Positions 32,510-46,430 of a stretch of 64,000 bases of DNA are shown here, in pieces. The position numbers and the translations under genes were made by a program. Positions within the stretch are counted from its first letter, which is position 1, and every line of letters starts with the position of its first letter. Source of the stretch: Eledone cirrhosa. Taxonomy: Eukaryota. The stretch spans positions 307,954,001 to 308,018,000 of the forward strand of contig OZ024742.1 of the NCBI GenBank assembly GCA_964016885.1, written 5' to 3'. The notes under the pieces were generated by a model. It had not been told where the DNA came from. It saw only the letters and a program-made list of their open reading frames with translations, and ran no database searches.

Positions 32510-33713
32510 AACGAAGGAAATGTGGTAAGGAAACAGGTGGACCATAATGCACCAAAGTACTCAATACCTAGGGTAGTAGAGTGGGTAATAGGAACGAGTA
32601 GGACCCCGACGGCGGAGATCAAGCCGTTTCGACGGCTAATTCTGGACTAAATGAACATTTTTATCCTGGTATATGAATAACCGAGCTTCTCACGGGTAAT
32701 TCCATATATGGTAAAAGTGATTGTCACAAGGATTGGTCAAACGTTTGTTGTTGGGACACATAATTCTATCATGGCAATTTGTGGAAGGAAGGGGTAGGTG
32801 AACCTGCCAGTAGAAGAAAGAGGGAGAGGGGGTGGAGGAAACCCAGTCGTGCGTTGATAGTGCCAACTACAGCAGGGCATAAATTTTCCGTATCAAATTT
32901 TTCATATAATTCGTACGAGCATTTATGTAGTTTATACTAGAATTTTTGTATCGTAACGGCACCCTTAGAGATAGTATTATTATTCTTTTTCGGGATTCTG
33001 AATTATTATTTCGTATTAGTTTATTTTTTGCACTGGGTGGTTGCTGGCCTTGTGCCTAGGGTAGAAATCATTATTTCGTATTAGTCTCGGGACTCTGAAT
33101 TATTATTTCGTGCTAGTTTCTTTAGTATTTTGGCCCCCCACTTGTTGACCCGGCACCGTAAGATATACTTGGTTGATTACTAATACCTCTTAAAAGGGTC
33201 TCATTATAATTACGTCCCACCTAGTATACCTTTCTTTAGTCTAGAAGTACCAGTGAGAGACTTGATAGCTGTCTTTAGGTTATAGTAACCAGAAATTGTT
33301 TTTTTTTTATATTTGTTTTTTTAAGATTCTCGGTATTTTTCTATATATTTACCCCATATTGTTTTACTTATTTTCTCGACGTCCTCCCCCTCCCCCTCCC
33401 TAGTATACTTCCTTGACCTCCTGCCCTGCAATAGTTGGCACTATCAACGCACGACTGGGTTTCCTCCACCCCCTCTCCTTCTTTATTCTACTGGCAGGTT
33501 CAGCTACCGCTTCCTTCCACAAATTGCCATGATAGAATTATGTGTCTCAACAACAAACTTTTGACCAATCCTTGTGACAATCACTTTTACCATATATGGA
33601 ATTACCCCCTGAGAAGCTCGGTTATTCATATACCAGGATCAACATTTTCATTTAGTCCAGAATTAGCCGTCGAAACGGCTTGAGCTCAGCCGTCGGGGTC
33701 CTACTCGTTCCTA
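32510..33713 (+). mobile_element. Non-coding PLE family A derivative with long inverted pLTRs
   Basis: 32588-32880 is the reverse complement of 33420-33713. The core is homologous to the 3' UTR at 18.7-19.2 kb. Termini are the same as the other family A copies. Confidence 0.87.
33604..33699 (+). ncRNA. Variant type I hammerhead (CUGAGAAG core) of PLE family A
   Basis: ACCCC-CUGAGAAG-CUCGGUUAUU...AAUUAGCCGUC-GAAA-CGGC-UUGAGCUCA-GCC-GUC-GGGGU. Further copies at 17475-17569 (-), 32603-32697 (-) and 19427-19507 (+, deleted). Confidence 0.75.
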
Positions 33714-33728
33714 TATATATATATATAT

Positions 33729-33771
<43 letters not shown>

Positions 33772-34017
33772 CACACACACATACATACATATACACATAC
33801 ATATATATATACATAAAAATAAGGAGTGCCACCCCAATTTGAACTTTTTATAGAATTCCTTCTGCCATTGTCACTCTAAATATAAATTATAGCCTTAAAG
33901 AATTAGCTTTTAATGAATTCCCTTTTCTTTCAACCAATGACCTCCACCCATCCCACTCCCCACCCTCTCCTACCACCTGAAAAGATATAAATACCACAGC
34001 ATTTATTTTGGAAAGCC

Positions 34018-34068
34018 AGATTCCTGAAGATTTCTAAAGAATGAAACAGTTCTAGTCCTGTAGAATCT
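34018..34068 (+). ncRNA. Type I hammerhead ribozyme (family B)
   Basis: AGAUUC-CUGAAGA-U-UUC-UAAA-GAA-U-GAAA-CAG-UUCUAGUC-CUGUA-GAAUCU. Predicted cut after 34062. The paralogue at 27602-27652 has CUGAUGA. Confidence 0.85.
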
Positions 34069-34803
34069 AAAACTATATATATATGCAGATGGGAATGTAT
34101 ATTTAGGTATACGTTTTCGCGTGATTAAACTATATTTTATAAATAAATTATATTTCAATATTACGGAATATATGAAAGAGTTTTAAAAGCAATTTAAGAG
34201 AAACTATAAATATGGATATGGTCATTTCTGAAGCCTTCACAATATATTACACTTTTTAGAGGCAAGTATTTTAATATCGTGTTCAAGTATATATATTGCT
34301 ACAGGGATATAAAATGGTAAACATAAATAAAGATGTTACAAAAAAACAAATGTCATTTCATAATATAAGTTGAAAGCTTTTAAAATCATATTCCACGTAA
34401 AGCAAAGCAATTTGTTATATATATATATATAATTCTTTGTTAAACATTTGCTTACATAAACGACGTAACTTTGAAGTTTAAAGTTACAGAATGTTATCAA
34501 AACAGCTTCGAATCGTTAACAATTTAACACATCAAAAGGAAATGCTATTCTGCTTCAGTCATGGTCGCCATGTGAATGTAGGTGTCAATATTCTAAGATG
34601 TTTGACAAGCGACAAATGCAATGTTGCTAGAAATTCAGTAGTTCACATTGAAACATTTTTGTAATAAATATTACTTACTACTTATGATTTAAGTCCCTAC
34701 TTCGATGTTTGTATCTTTCGCCCCCCCCCCCCCTCTCTCTAAATATACATATATATATATATATTCTCTCATTCTGTCTCTCCTGTCTCTCTCTCTATGT
34801 CTG

Positions 34804-34913
<110 letters not shown>

Positions 34914-36280
34914 TGACTGCAAACCCTGCTAAGGGTATTGCAATCACTTGTCAGATTACAGAAAATGGTGCACCTTTAAGCTACAGCCAGTCACACGAAC
35001 CTGTAACAAATTCTGAACAAGCAATGCCTGTGCTTTGAAGGTTTTTTAAGTGGGGAAAGGCCTTGCACTCAACCAATCCCACTCTCTGAGCATCGAAAAC
35101 ACTACATGAAAATTGAAACTGGTCAACATCAGCAGATGCTTCTGAAGCCGCAGGGGTTTTTTTTTTCAGAGTTTTCCCATCCTAGAAAGATGCTGTGACA
35201 TCAACTGGGCGCTTTTCACTCCCAAGTGGAATATATATATATACATATATATATATTAATCGATGGGCAGAATATATTTTGGAAAGTTTGAACCGCATAA
35301 ATCGAACCGGTCCATCTAGATTCGACGAAATCATAACTATTTCTGATGATAGAATTGAATGAATCAACATGAGCTCACAACGTTCCGTTAGGGTATTATA
35401 TGATGGAGGAATGGGAGTTTAAACTAAGTGGTCACACCAGGAAAACGTATGGTCTGTGATATCATGGCTCTACTAAAATACAAGTGTATGCTTTGTGAAT
35501 GGGCAAAGCGCAAAATAATTATTTCAGGTAACTGAGTTTATGGTACAAGCCTCACTTAACATAATTAGCCTTCTTTCAAAAATCTTGTGATTTGTATTAA
35601 TATCTTCTGAGGTTTATTTTGTGATATCATTTCATCTCTTCAATCGAATCTATTTGTTTGCACTGCAGTGTCATCTTGTGCTGAATACAGACGCTCATTT
35701 ATTGTATAGAGACTAATGGAATTTTGAATGTTTTAACACTCCTCTGCCACTGAAGTTATGATCTTAAGCAAAACATACCTACCTAAGCATCTTGGAAGAT
35801 GATAAATATTTACTCGGTTAGTTGGAGAAATCAGTCGTAAAATATATAAAATTATTTTAGTATACAATTACAGCAAAGAAACGAAAAATATAATACCAAG
35901 TGTGAAACAGGAAATAAGTTTTTCTCTAACATCTATAAAGATCGAAAAAGAAGAAAGGCAGTGATGATAAAGGAAAAGAGAGAAATAAGGGGAAAAAAAT
36001 GAAACGAATATTAATTATATTAAAAAAAGAAATGTAATTCAAATTAAATTAATTTCTAAATATTTTCTACATTTTTATAAACATGCATTTTGTAGACATC
36101 CATATTATTAATCACATAAATCCACATGGGCCAACGCACACAGGAACACACATGGTCATACATACATATAGTTTGATAACATACACAGGCTGTCCAAACT
36201 GCACCAAAACTAAAATACAATTAATGTAAACGGCTTCTTATCTGGTCTAAGAGTGGTCAAGTTCTGTATTGAACAGACAG

Positions 36281-36311
<31 letters not shown>

Positions 36312-36312
<1 letters not shown>

Positions 36313-36502
36313 ACAAAGGAAATGTGGTAAGGAACCAGATGGACCATAACGCACCAGAATACTCAATACTTAGGGTAGTAGTGTGGGAAATAGGAAAAAG
36401 TATGACCCCGACGGCAGAGCTCAAGCCGTTTCGACGGCTATTTCTGAGTCCAGAAATAGCTGTCGAAACGGCTTGAGCTCTGCCGTCGGGGTCGTATTCC
36501 TA
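36312..36502. mobile_element. 191-bp snap-back derivative of PLE family A
   Basis: AACAAAGGAAATGTGG...foldback at TTTCTGAGTCCAGAAA...TTCCTA, within (TA)n. Confidence 0.85.
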
Positions 36503-36663
36503 TATATATATATATATATAGGGAGTGCAACGTGCAGTTACTGTAGGTTCACCCGAGTGAGCACTTGATGCATAGTTTCCAGTCTGTAAAGTGATGTAGA
36601 ACTAAGCAGAGTGTAATTATAATAATAGAAGGACGATTTGTTATGCCTTCATTACGTTTATTG

Positions 36664-36754
36664 AGTAGTGACGCGCGTTTCGCTGTTGATCAGATGAAGG
36701 TTTGATCTGATTCGATCTGGCCCGACTCTGGAATCAAAAGCTCGTCGGACTTCT
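36664..36754 (-). ncRNA. Type I hammerhead (U4C substitution) with palindromic helix III, in a probable PLE 3' remnant (about 36520-37320)
   Basis: Minus strand: AGAAGU-CCGACGA-GCUUUUGAU...AUCAACAGC-GAAA-CGCGC-GUC-ACUACU. ACGCGCGU is a palindrome. Confidence 0.75.
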
Positions 36755-37411
36755 GCTGTGTTAATGACATAATGAACCTGTAGAGTTTAGAAATGTCTGT
36801 AACGATTTACATTCAATTATGGTGGTCAGTTCGTGTTATTTTGATTGGTGGATTTGCTATAAGGAATGTTTTGGCATGTGTGATAGGTGGGGTGAGAGGA
36901 TCATAATGACGAGGTTGGGGTGGTGGTGGGCAGCGGTGGTTGGTGTGAATTGCGGTGATGTGGTGTTTTAGCTGTTTCATATACATTGTGGCGTGTATGT
37001 GGTGAGGCAAACGTGCTGGGTGTGGATGTGGAGGTTGTTATGGGCTATGAATGATGGGAGATGAAAGAGTGCGGTATTGTCCTAGAGGGGTGAGGTTTTG
37101 CTGATCAGTGGTTTGCCGAAGAGGAATTAAATAAAAGAAAAAGAAAAACGAAAACAGATAAGGAAAGTAGGTTAGCCTAGGTCAGAGGTGAGGCTTTGGT
37201 GTAAACTATCTATATCCTTAAAGGGGTATTTGTACTAGATAGGATTAAGGGTTGTGGTTAGTGTTTGAAAAGTCTATAAATCAATAAATAGATGAAAATG
37301 TTAAACTAACTATGCGGGTTAAGCCATACATCGCTGCAGTGTAAGGTGCGTGAAAAGACTATAAATATACACGCATACACACATACAGGCACACATGCAT
37401 GCACACATATC

Positions 37412-37484
<73 letters not shown>

Positions 37485-38119
37485 GTTATATATATATACA
37501 TGTATATCTCGACAAACATACTAGATACACCCAGACACACACACATACATACATACATACATACATACATACATACATACATACATACACACATACATAT
37601 GCGTGTGGATGGATACATGAAATAGGAAATAGTTGTTGCACCAGCTGTATGGGTTAGCTTATACACCGGTACATGCACACACACACTCACACATATTATA
37701 CGTAGTTACAACCCCCCCCCCCCCACACACACACATGGCCATACATACACGTGTCTGTATCTCTGAAATATGCGTGCTCATAGGCCTGGAGGTCCATAGG
37801 ATTATATCAGTGTGTAGGGGTGTACACACAAAACCAGGTGCATGTGTATGCACTAGTAGTGCGTCTAAATAATTATCGCATAGGAGTATATGATGGTAAA
37901 AACATATTTAGCATATGTGAACATTTGTTGGGAAATACATGTAATGTTAGTGATAATGGTGATGAAATTAGTGATACAAATGGAAGTGTTGAAATCAATT
38001 GTTTTAATGTGTAGCATGGTGGTGGTTTGTGTGTGCTTCATGCACGTGCGGTACGTATTCGTGTGGGTGAGAGTGGTAAATACATGGTGATATGTTTAGT
38101 GATGGGAGACATGATAATG

Positions 38120-38337
38120 GTTTCTTATGTAGGCACTAGGCCAGCAAATTTGGGGGGAGGGGAAAGTCGATTAAATCGACCCCAGTGCGTGACTGGTACT
38201 TTATTTTATCGACCCCGTAAGGATGAAAGGTAAAGTTAACCTCGGCGGGATTTGAACTCAGATCATAAAGGGCCGTAACTCTATGCTACAAAGCATGTTG
38301 TCCGACTCCCTACCGATACTGCCAATCCACCGACCTC
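38120..38337 (-). mobile_element. SINE family 1 (long subtype) with an 18-bp target-site duplication
   Basis: ATGGGAGACATGATAATG at 38102-38119 and 38338-38355. Confidence 0.92.
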
Positions 38338-38499
38338 ATGGGAGACATGATAATGAATACAATATAATATTAACAAGAATAACAGTGGTGATGAATGTAA
38401 CTGGTAATAGGGACGATGATAAAGTTTATGAGATATGATAATAATTGATGTAGTTAGTATGATATTGTGTCTATTGTTGCCTGAGTTCAGGTGGTTACG

Positions 38500-38712
38500 T
38501 TTTGGTCTGTCCGTGGTTCCTACCGGAATACCATGGCGGAGAATGAATGCTTTCTGATGTGTCTGCAGTTTATTTCCGATCTCAAATTAATAGCCGATTC
38601 TGCCATGCACAACCTGCAGTGTCTTCCTCCCGTGGAATGTTGGGCCACGGGTCTCCCCACGAACTATTTGATCTGGTAGTTCAGGTTCCTATCCGTGAGG
38701 TCCTATATCATA
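38500..38712 (-). pseudogene. Decayed PLE GIY-YIG C-terminal fragment
   Basis: The minus strand translates LTDRNLNYQIK*...HSTGGRHCRLCMAE...NLRSE..CRH; compare HTGGRRPCNLCSEE at 18.1 kb. Confidence 0.7.
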
Positions 38713-38769
38713 TCAGCCAGTCTGGTTTGGGAATACTTAGGTCTGTGGTTGAAGGAGCTTTTGTGGTGA

Positions 38770-39359
38770 GAATTCGAAACATGTGAAAATATATAGTTTT
38801 GTTTTGCCTATGCAGATGGGTTGATTAGCTTCATCTGTATATGGAGCTGTATGAGCCGGCTGAAATGCGCATTAACAGTTGTTCCCCATTGCTTCCGCTG
38901 CAATCCGCTAGAGGGTGCTAGCTGTCAGCTTTCAAATATTCATAGCTAGAAGGCTTTCCAAATGTTTAGTCTTAAAGATACCGTATATCATTAGATATAT
39001 GAAATTCACATACTTATATCTATACAGCTATGTCAGAGCGAAAACTTTAATTCTACTCTCAAGCTGAGCCGGCTTGTACAGCTCCATATGCAAACAAATC
39101 TAATTTACATGGGCTAAAACACTATATATTTTCGTGTGTTTCAAATTCCAGCAGAGAGCATGAGACGACCAGAGTCAGAAATGCGCATTGGCAGTTATCT
39201 CCCGCTGCTTCTGCTAGATTCCGCTAGACGGCGCTAACCATCAGCTTTGCAATATTTATAGCTAGATGACTTTGCAAGTATTTAGTCTTAAACATACTAT
39301 ATGTCATTAGTTATACGAAATTCACATACTTATATGTATACTGCTATGTCGGTGCGAAA
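38770..39359. repeat. Combined inverted (38770-38862 / 39067-39148) and direct (38862-39045 / 39179-39359) diverged duplication
   Basis: Visible alignment of ATATGGAGCTGTA..AGCCGGCT with its reverse complement, and GAAATGCGCATT...GAAATTCACATACTTATA occurring twice. Confidence 0.75.
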
Positions 39360-41460
39360 TGTTTAAATGTATATACATATATATGTGTGTGTGTGTGTAT
39401 GTGTGTTTGTGTGCGTGTATGTGTGTGTATGTGTGTGTGTGTGCGTGTATATGTATGTGTGTGTGGGTGTGTAGGTGTGTCTGTGCGTGTACAACAGGAT
39501 TTTACCGCTCAACATTCTTGGAATTTTTTATGATAATATAAAACGTTAAAATTAATTATATTTAAGACAGTGAACTGAAACAGTTTTTTTTTTTCAAATT
39601 AAACTTAATTAAAAATGAAATTATTAAATTAAAATGAAGTTAAACATCGCTGTCACCTCAAAGAATATATTTTGCCATCAAATTCTATTGGGAATGTATC
39701 CATTGATTAGATAACAATTATTGGTTATTACATAGGTGCGGTATTGATTGGATTGGAGATAGCTCTTATCAGTATCTCGGGGAGACAGATAGCTCTATGA
39801 AACAACTTGGTTGCCATTCTTTTTTCTACGTATTTATTTGTTTATTTATTTATACGTTTATTTATTTTGGCTTTCATATGAATTTCTAATTCTATAATTC
39901 AAAAGTCAATATTCAGTGGAGGATCATCTATAAAAATATGAATATTATTTTCCTGTGATCGAAATGACTGAAAGGTGACCATCTATTTCCAGATAGCATC
40001 AACTGTCTTTACATTTATAGACTTCATTCATCATTGCTAAAAATAGAGGTTCAGATATTTGATTTTTATAGTAAAGGTATTGTTTATTTAATGTCTCATA
40101 TTGAATGTGAGACACGAATGGATATTGATTTATTCAGTTTTATGTTCATTGAAAGTTCTCTCATTTCTCTCATTCACTTCTGCCACCCATCGTTATCTTA
40201 ATCCATCTTCAGCCTTACCATACACTCCTCTTCTACCTTATACAGCTTCAGTAGTTGCTGTTCATCTATCTCCTCCCTATCCTCCTCCCCTCCACCACCA
40301 TAATCATCATCACGATCGTCGTTATCACTACCACCACAACCATTATCATCGTTTTCATTGCTATCGTCTTCCTTGTCAACGTCATTTTCTCATTATTTAC
40401 CAAGTCGCTAATGGCAACTTGAATTCTACGGAAATTTCGGCCATTCATTGCTATGCACTATATGAAAAAGTTCAGAACAACAGCTCAATACTACCTGATA
40501 GAAATCTCCTATGTTTTGATTTTCTTTTATTATTGAATTCTGCTGCTTTTCCTTTCTACTAATGTTTATGTTGTCGTTGATTTTGTTGTTGTTATGTTAC
40601 GGATGTATTCGGATTTCCTCTATCCAAACAGAAAAGTAAGCCAACCATGAAACTACCTAAACATTCAGATACACACATAAGGCTTTTCTACTTACTTGTG
40701 GGGAAGAATTACAATTAGCTTTCAATGATACCATCAAATCTTCAAAGAATTTTCCAAACAATTTATTCGACACCGTTATGAAAGCTTCTCACAGCAATAG
40801 AATTTCGAAGTTAATTTTACCATACACAATGGATAATTTTTTTTTCTAAATTACAAATATACTCTTTTTACAGTCTCATCCACCATTTACTATATGGTAT
40901 CCTATCTCTATGGTTCTTTTATTCATTTTGTGTTTTGAAAATATTATTACATGAATCATATAGATAATGATACGAGCCCATATTTCAACCAAATTCATAC
41001 ATATCTTTAGATTTGATCTATAGAATTACTCGATTTATCACAGGAATTAGATATTATTGCACAATGTGCAGTTACAGTGAGATAGGTTTATGAATTACAA
41101 AAGTCCACACCTAATGTGTATGATACTATGTTTATAATTCTAGCGAGACCCATCTTCGAGTTACGTCAATTTAACGTAATTTGCAGTCAAATGTAGAAAT
41201 CCTAATTATACTGAAGTAATATTTTCTAAATACATTACATCGTGTTCAACAATGTAACCTGTTTGACTAAATGGTTTTTAATTTAAGCACAAGGCCTGTA
41301 ATTTTAGGAGGAGGGAAAGATGTTTGCTTCATGTGTTCTATATTTTTCGACCCCAGAAGTATGAAATACGAATTTGATCTCAGCTAGATTTGAAGTCAGA
41401 AACTAAAGAGCCGGAACAAATACTTCAATACTTCTGACGCGTTTATAAATAAACACATAA

Positions 41461-41621
<161 letters not shown>

Positions 41622-41974
41622 ATTACTAGTTAGGCAAGTACAATTATTTCAAATATGACAACAAACTTGGAACCCTACTATAACATCTTCATAATACTTA
41701 CAGGAATCGCCAACACAAGGTTCTTAAAACCTTCGCTAAGTACAAACCACTACCTCCCTACGGACAAATGACGCTGCACACCAGGTCCGAACACGGAAGG
41801 GCCTTACTCCCATTGTACTCGCCTCCATCTCTCTGTATTATGACCAAATGGGGTCCCACGTGCTGACCGCTCCACGGCCCTGGCGGACAGAATGGTAAGG
41901 GAGATGCGCTGGAAGAGCCATTCCATCTCTCAAGGCTCACACCTGCGGCTAACCAGCTCAGCGCCTATGGTGGT

Positions 41975-42460
41975 AAGTAGGGAGGTAGGCCTAGAGCCAA
42001 GGATACCAGAAGTCTCCATTGCTAGGGGCACGACCGCAAACCTGTTGGAGGGCGGCCGATAATTTTAGAGTTTGCCCTCCTCAGCCCGAAGTGCAGCAGA
42101 ACCTGGGTTAGTCGGCCACTGCACCAGGTTGCGAGTGGAGAAAGTGTCGCTGCAAGTGGCATCCCAGAGAGGGGTTTGCCACCGCGGAACGGGAACATGG
42201 TAATACCGTCGGGCCTTTTGCTGTCCCCTCGGGCCAGCCCCACCGGTTAGAGGTGGGAGGGGAAGTCTGCACCATCCAAATACATGCTTTATGACCAGCA
42301 TGGCGTGGAAGGCGACCGGCACTGTAGCGACAGGAAAGAGCGGGGAGGCCGAAGGAGTCCATGAAGGATCCGCAGTGACATTTGTGTGGCTCGCAGATCC
42401 GGAGGCCAAACGCCAGGGAAACCCCGACGCGGAGGCTACTGTTGTGCAGCTGCGTGCCAG
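41975..42460 (-). mobile_element. Fragment of a CRE-type non-LTR retrotransposon (zinc knuckle and restriction-like endonuclease)
   Basis: Across frameshifts: LRVGVSL..GLRICEPHKCHCG...SC....GRLPRH, GLARGDSKRPDGITMFPF..GK, WDATCSDT, AALRAEEGK, PLAMETSG. Confidence 0.8.
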
Positions 42461-44912
42461 TGGAGAATAGTGTATATGTACATATACATACGACGCGTTT
42501 CAAAGAATTTCCGCCAACCAAGACATTTTGATATGCAGGATTTGTCCAATTTTCCATGGATGGGAATGAGATCAACGCGGCTGTAACGCAAACATGTGAT
42601 TCAAACAGTTGTGTGAGGAGATTATTATGAGTAAAATTAGGATTGTAAAAAGACATTTTGATATGAAGCAAGAAACTCTGTTCAGAAACTACAAAACAAA
42701 ATACCTTAGCATTTAAAGCAATATATATAATCACAGGAACTAATGCATTTCTAATAAGTAACCAAAGTAACAAATGCGTTTTTGGTAGTAATGTGATGCA
42801 TCCGGCATATAGATAAATGTGAATTTGCAATGGCCATTCATCTGTATTAGTTTTAGATACTCAAATAAAGTGGACCGCAATGAGAATTAAACACAGTCCG
42901 GAAACCTCTCACCCCGAAGATAATATCAACATTCCATTGACTTTTAACGTTGATTATAAAATCCTTTTATATCGTATATGATAAATGCAATTTTAGAATT
43001 GATAAGGTAAAACATTTATTTTTCTTGGTATCATGTAGCCTTGCGATAACATGGAGTTACATTCAACAACACTAAAAGTACACAAAGAAACGAAATTGCA
43101 AAAACATAAACAGCATAAATTTAAGAAAAATAAACAGCAGCAACAACGATATCAACAGAAAGTAAATTAGTATTTCTAAATATATTAGTATCAGTAACCT
43201 GGCAATATTCCTACACTCACACACTTACAGAGGAAATGTGCGAATTCATGAGAAAATATTGAGAAGATTAAAAAAATATATTGAGAACATTAAAAAAAAT
43301 ATTGAAATAACTCTTGAAGCATAATCTGGCATATAACTGAAGTAAGAATGTATTGGAACTGCTCCAAGCTATACACGGTACTCCAATACTAATGTGTACT
43401 GCACTTAGTAGGACTACACTTACAGATACTTTCACACACATACACAATCATAAACACAGGTGTAGACTCACAAGCACACAGTATTACACACATACAGTAA
43501 AAATGTTGGGATTCAACTTTCGATTACATCGTTTATTGCACAAATATGTTTACAAAACAACATGTCAAATAACAACATAACCACAATACGAACAACATTG
43601 ATAGAACGAGAATAAGTCAGGAAGCTACGATGTCCCTCGACAGTCAACTAAAATTGTACCTATATACTTTCATAATACTCTAGCAGAAGCACACCCAAAA
43701 GACGGAATAATCAAGGCTGGAATGCCTTGGAATTAAAACACAATATGGCGTCTCTTGAGCAGTAAATTAGCTGATGTAGTTTCAATAGACTTAGCAGCCA
43801 ACTCTCCCTCAAATCAAACATTATGATCCTGAAAAGAAATCATAGATTGGATAATGTAGCGCTAGCTATCCCTAAAAAGATAATATTTCCTGATCTGGGT
43901 TGGCGTAAGACTGAAAAAACACCCATCCCGTCTAAAGAAAATGACAGGACATTAGATAATATAGTCCTACCAAAATAGATAGTCTAGTCACGGCTGGAGT
44001 CATATATATATGCAATCAGGGTTGTCCTGGCTCGACAACTGGAAAAACAAAGTTACTGGCAAAATCATCGACTCATCACAGTTTATCTTAATCCATCCAT
44101 CGGTACAATAATCAACTTACTTATGAGATATCATTTTGATTGTTGCCTTTATATAATGGCAATTTCATATGAAAGCAATCTAGAATTAGATAAATTTCTT
44201 AACTGAAGCACGAAATATTGTGTGACCAAGAAGACAGTGTGGGCGTTTAATATTTGTAATGGCAGTTTCGCCGACCATGGTGGTTGTTTTCCTTATTCAT
44301 GTTCCTAGGCGCGACCAAATTGAAATTTCCAAGGTAATTTATATATCAATCATCCTTGATATGGGATTTTGAAGTCTCTTCTAGAATCACAGTGAGTCAG
44401 AGTGTATTTATAGACCACCCATAGCAAACACATGTCACAAGATTTAGATGATGCGTGATGGTTTAAAAAAAATATTGTATTGAAAAACATGTCACGAAAC
44501 TAGACATTTTCTTAAGGGATATTCGTCTAAAAATATTTAACTTTTCAGTGATATATAATGAACATCAGTGTATATTACAACTCATAAATGGTTACAAGTT
44601 CACGATTTTAGTTTGTTATTAAAATCGATTTTCTTATCTTTAATTTCTGAACACTATCATAATGGCAAGAACTGCAATTAAAAAAATTAATTATCATAAA
44701 AATGAAGTGGATGAACTTATCAAGATCGGTCGATTAAATGGACATACCAATGTGATGTTGATGATAATATATTTCTTAGTAATTCGTGTAAGTAAAATTT
44801 GGACTGCAACAAGACATTTTCACACAAAACTATAAAGAAAGGCTTTTGAAAACTACAAACAACATATGTCTCAGTAGTTATGGTGACACACACACATACA
44901 CACACACATCTT

Positions 44913-44957
<45 letters not shown>

Positions 44958-45279
44958 CACAAAACAGCCGCTATATTTTGGCAAGATTGTCCTTTGAAGT
45001 AGTTGAATATTTAGATATTTCATACAATACTGTTGCTGTTGGTAAACGACTAAATGGTGGATAATTTTAGTCTTAGTTAAATGTGGTCCATATGGAGTCG
45101 GTTAGGATCTGTGTGAATGAGTTGGAAATAAACGGATATACTGTTAAAGATAGAATTATATGAATAAAGAATACAAATATAGTAAATCCTTATATACGTG
45201 TGACATTTGTTTCTACTTGTCTTTATTAAAACCACTGATCTTCTTCATCAACTTGATTACCTATTATGGCCACAGATAT

Positions 45280-46430
45280 TCTATTCATAAGGGGGTCATT
45301 AATTTAAAGAATTTGCATTAACATGACAATATATCAGAAACAAGTGATTGTATTGTAACAATATTTCATGATAGTGCCGCTATGATGTTTGACCAATATA
45401 TTTGTTTTGTAAAGCGATTCACAGAAGTTGTTTGTTATCCCATTTATTCGTTTTATTGTATTATGCACCAAGAAGTACTGAGCCTAAAAGTAGGTTCTAA
45501 ATATGTCTATGGCGTGATGAGAGTTGTGATAAAGATAAACAATTTCATAACTGTCACGTCTTTGCATAATAGAATATTTAATATGATGCTAAATGAAATT
45601 GAATCAGGTTTCAATGGTTTACAAATGCACTTTAATCTACGGTGGTTAAGACGTGATCAAGTACTTAACGGTTAGTTGAATATTTATGTGATTCAGACTT
45701 CTTGTGGCAATGAACAGCATTAGGCATGACTTTGCGCAGATAAATGATTTTGCTTATCTCAGTAAACTTTCGCATGTTGCATCTGAATAAAGATTTTAGA
45801 AATCGATTGATGTGACGTTTGACTTCATTCATTGTTTTCAGAATAGAATTGGTATATGGAATATAGATGTTTCATGTACCATCTAACGATGCAGAAATCA
45901 TTTCAAGCAGAAAACTGTAAGGGTTCTTGAACAACACGTAGACTAGTTTATAGATATTTTAAGGACTGGAACTGAGCAGATTTCATCTTAATTTGTACAA
46001 TGTAGGGAGTTGGGGAAAATCAATACAATTCATGAAATATGCTGATGAAGCAGATACCACGAAATGAGATGTGTTTGAGTAGTTGGAGTTAAGAGATTTA
46101 GAAAGACAGCTAATCGACTTGAATTTTAATCCTATTTGGACGCAAACATTCATTACAATTAGAACTGATTTAGAGGACTTTCAACGTGCTAGTGTACACG
46201 TAATCGTCAATAAATATTCACACTCAATATTTGAACATTATGGCATTTCATTTCTGAAAATATTGATGCTGTAAAAATGCTTGCAAAAGCAAAGCTAACG
46301 ACCATTTGTATCCGTAACATGTCCATGTGGGATATTATTCTCACAATTAAATAACATGAAAACGATCAATAGAAACAAAATGCGTGGTGAATTGAGTATT
46401 TCTTGTACTGCAAGTGAACCTTCTTTATAT
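45280..46430 (+). pseudogene. Decayed hAT transposase (SPIN/GTF2IRD2-like)
   Basis: YCIMHQEVL...VMRVVIKINNFI...LHNRIF..ML.E.ES...L..HFNLRWLRR.QVL. The C-terminal C..LFSQLNNMKTINRNKM resembles the hAT dimerisation motif. Confidence 0.8.

Noticed and set aside
35260-35390. RWAEY..ESLNR, resembling an RTE linker motif
   Set aside because: Too short and decayed to call with confidence.
42487-42650. Possible mariner TIR (TACGACGCGTTTCAAAGAATTTCCG)
   Set aside because: Weak resemblance only; no partner TIR or transposase motif found.
46037-46075. CTGATGA...GAAA inside the hAT remnant
   Set aside because: No helix II or helix I complementarity; chance match.
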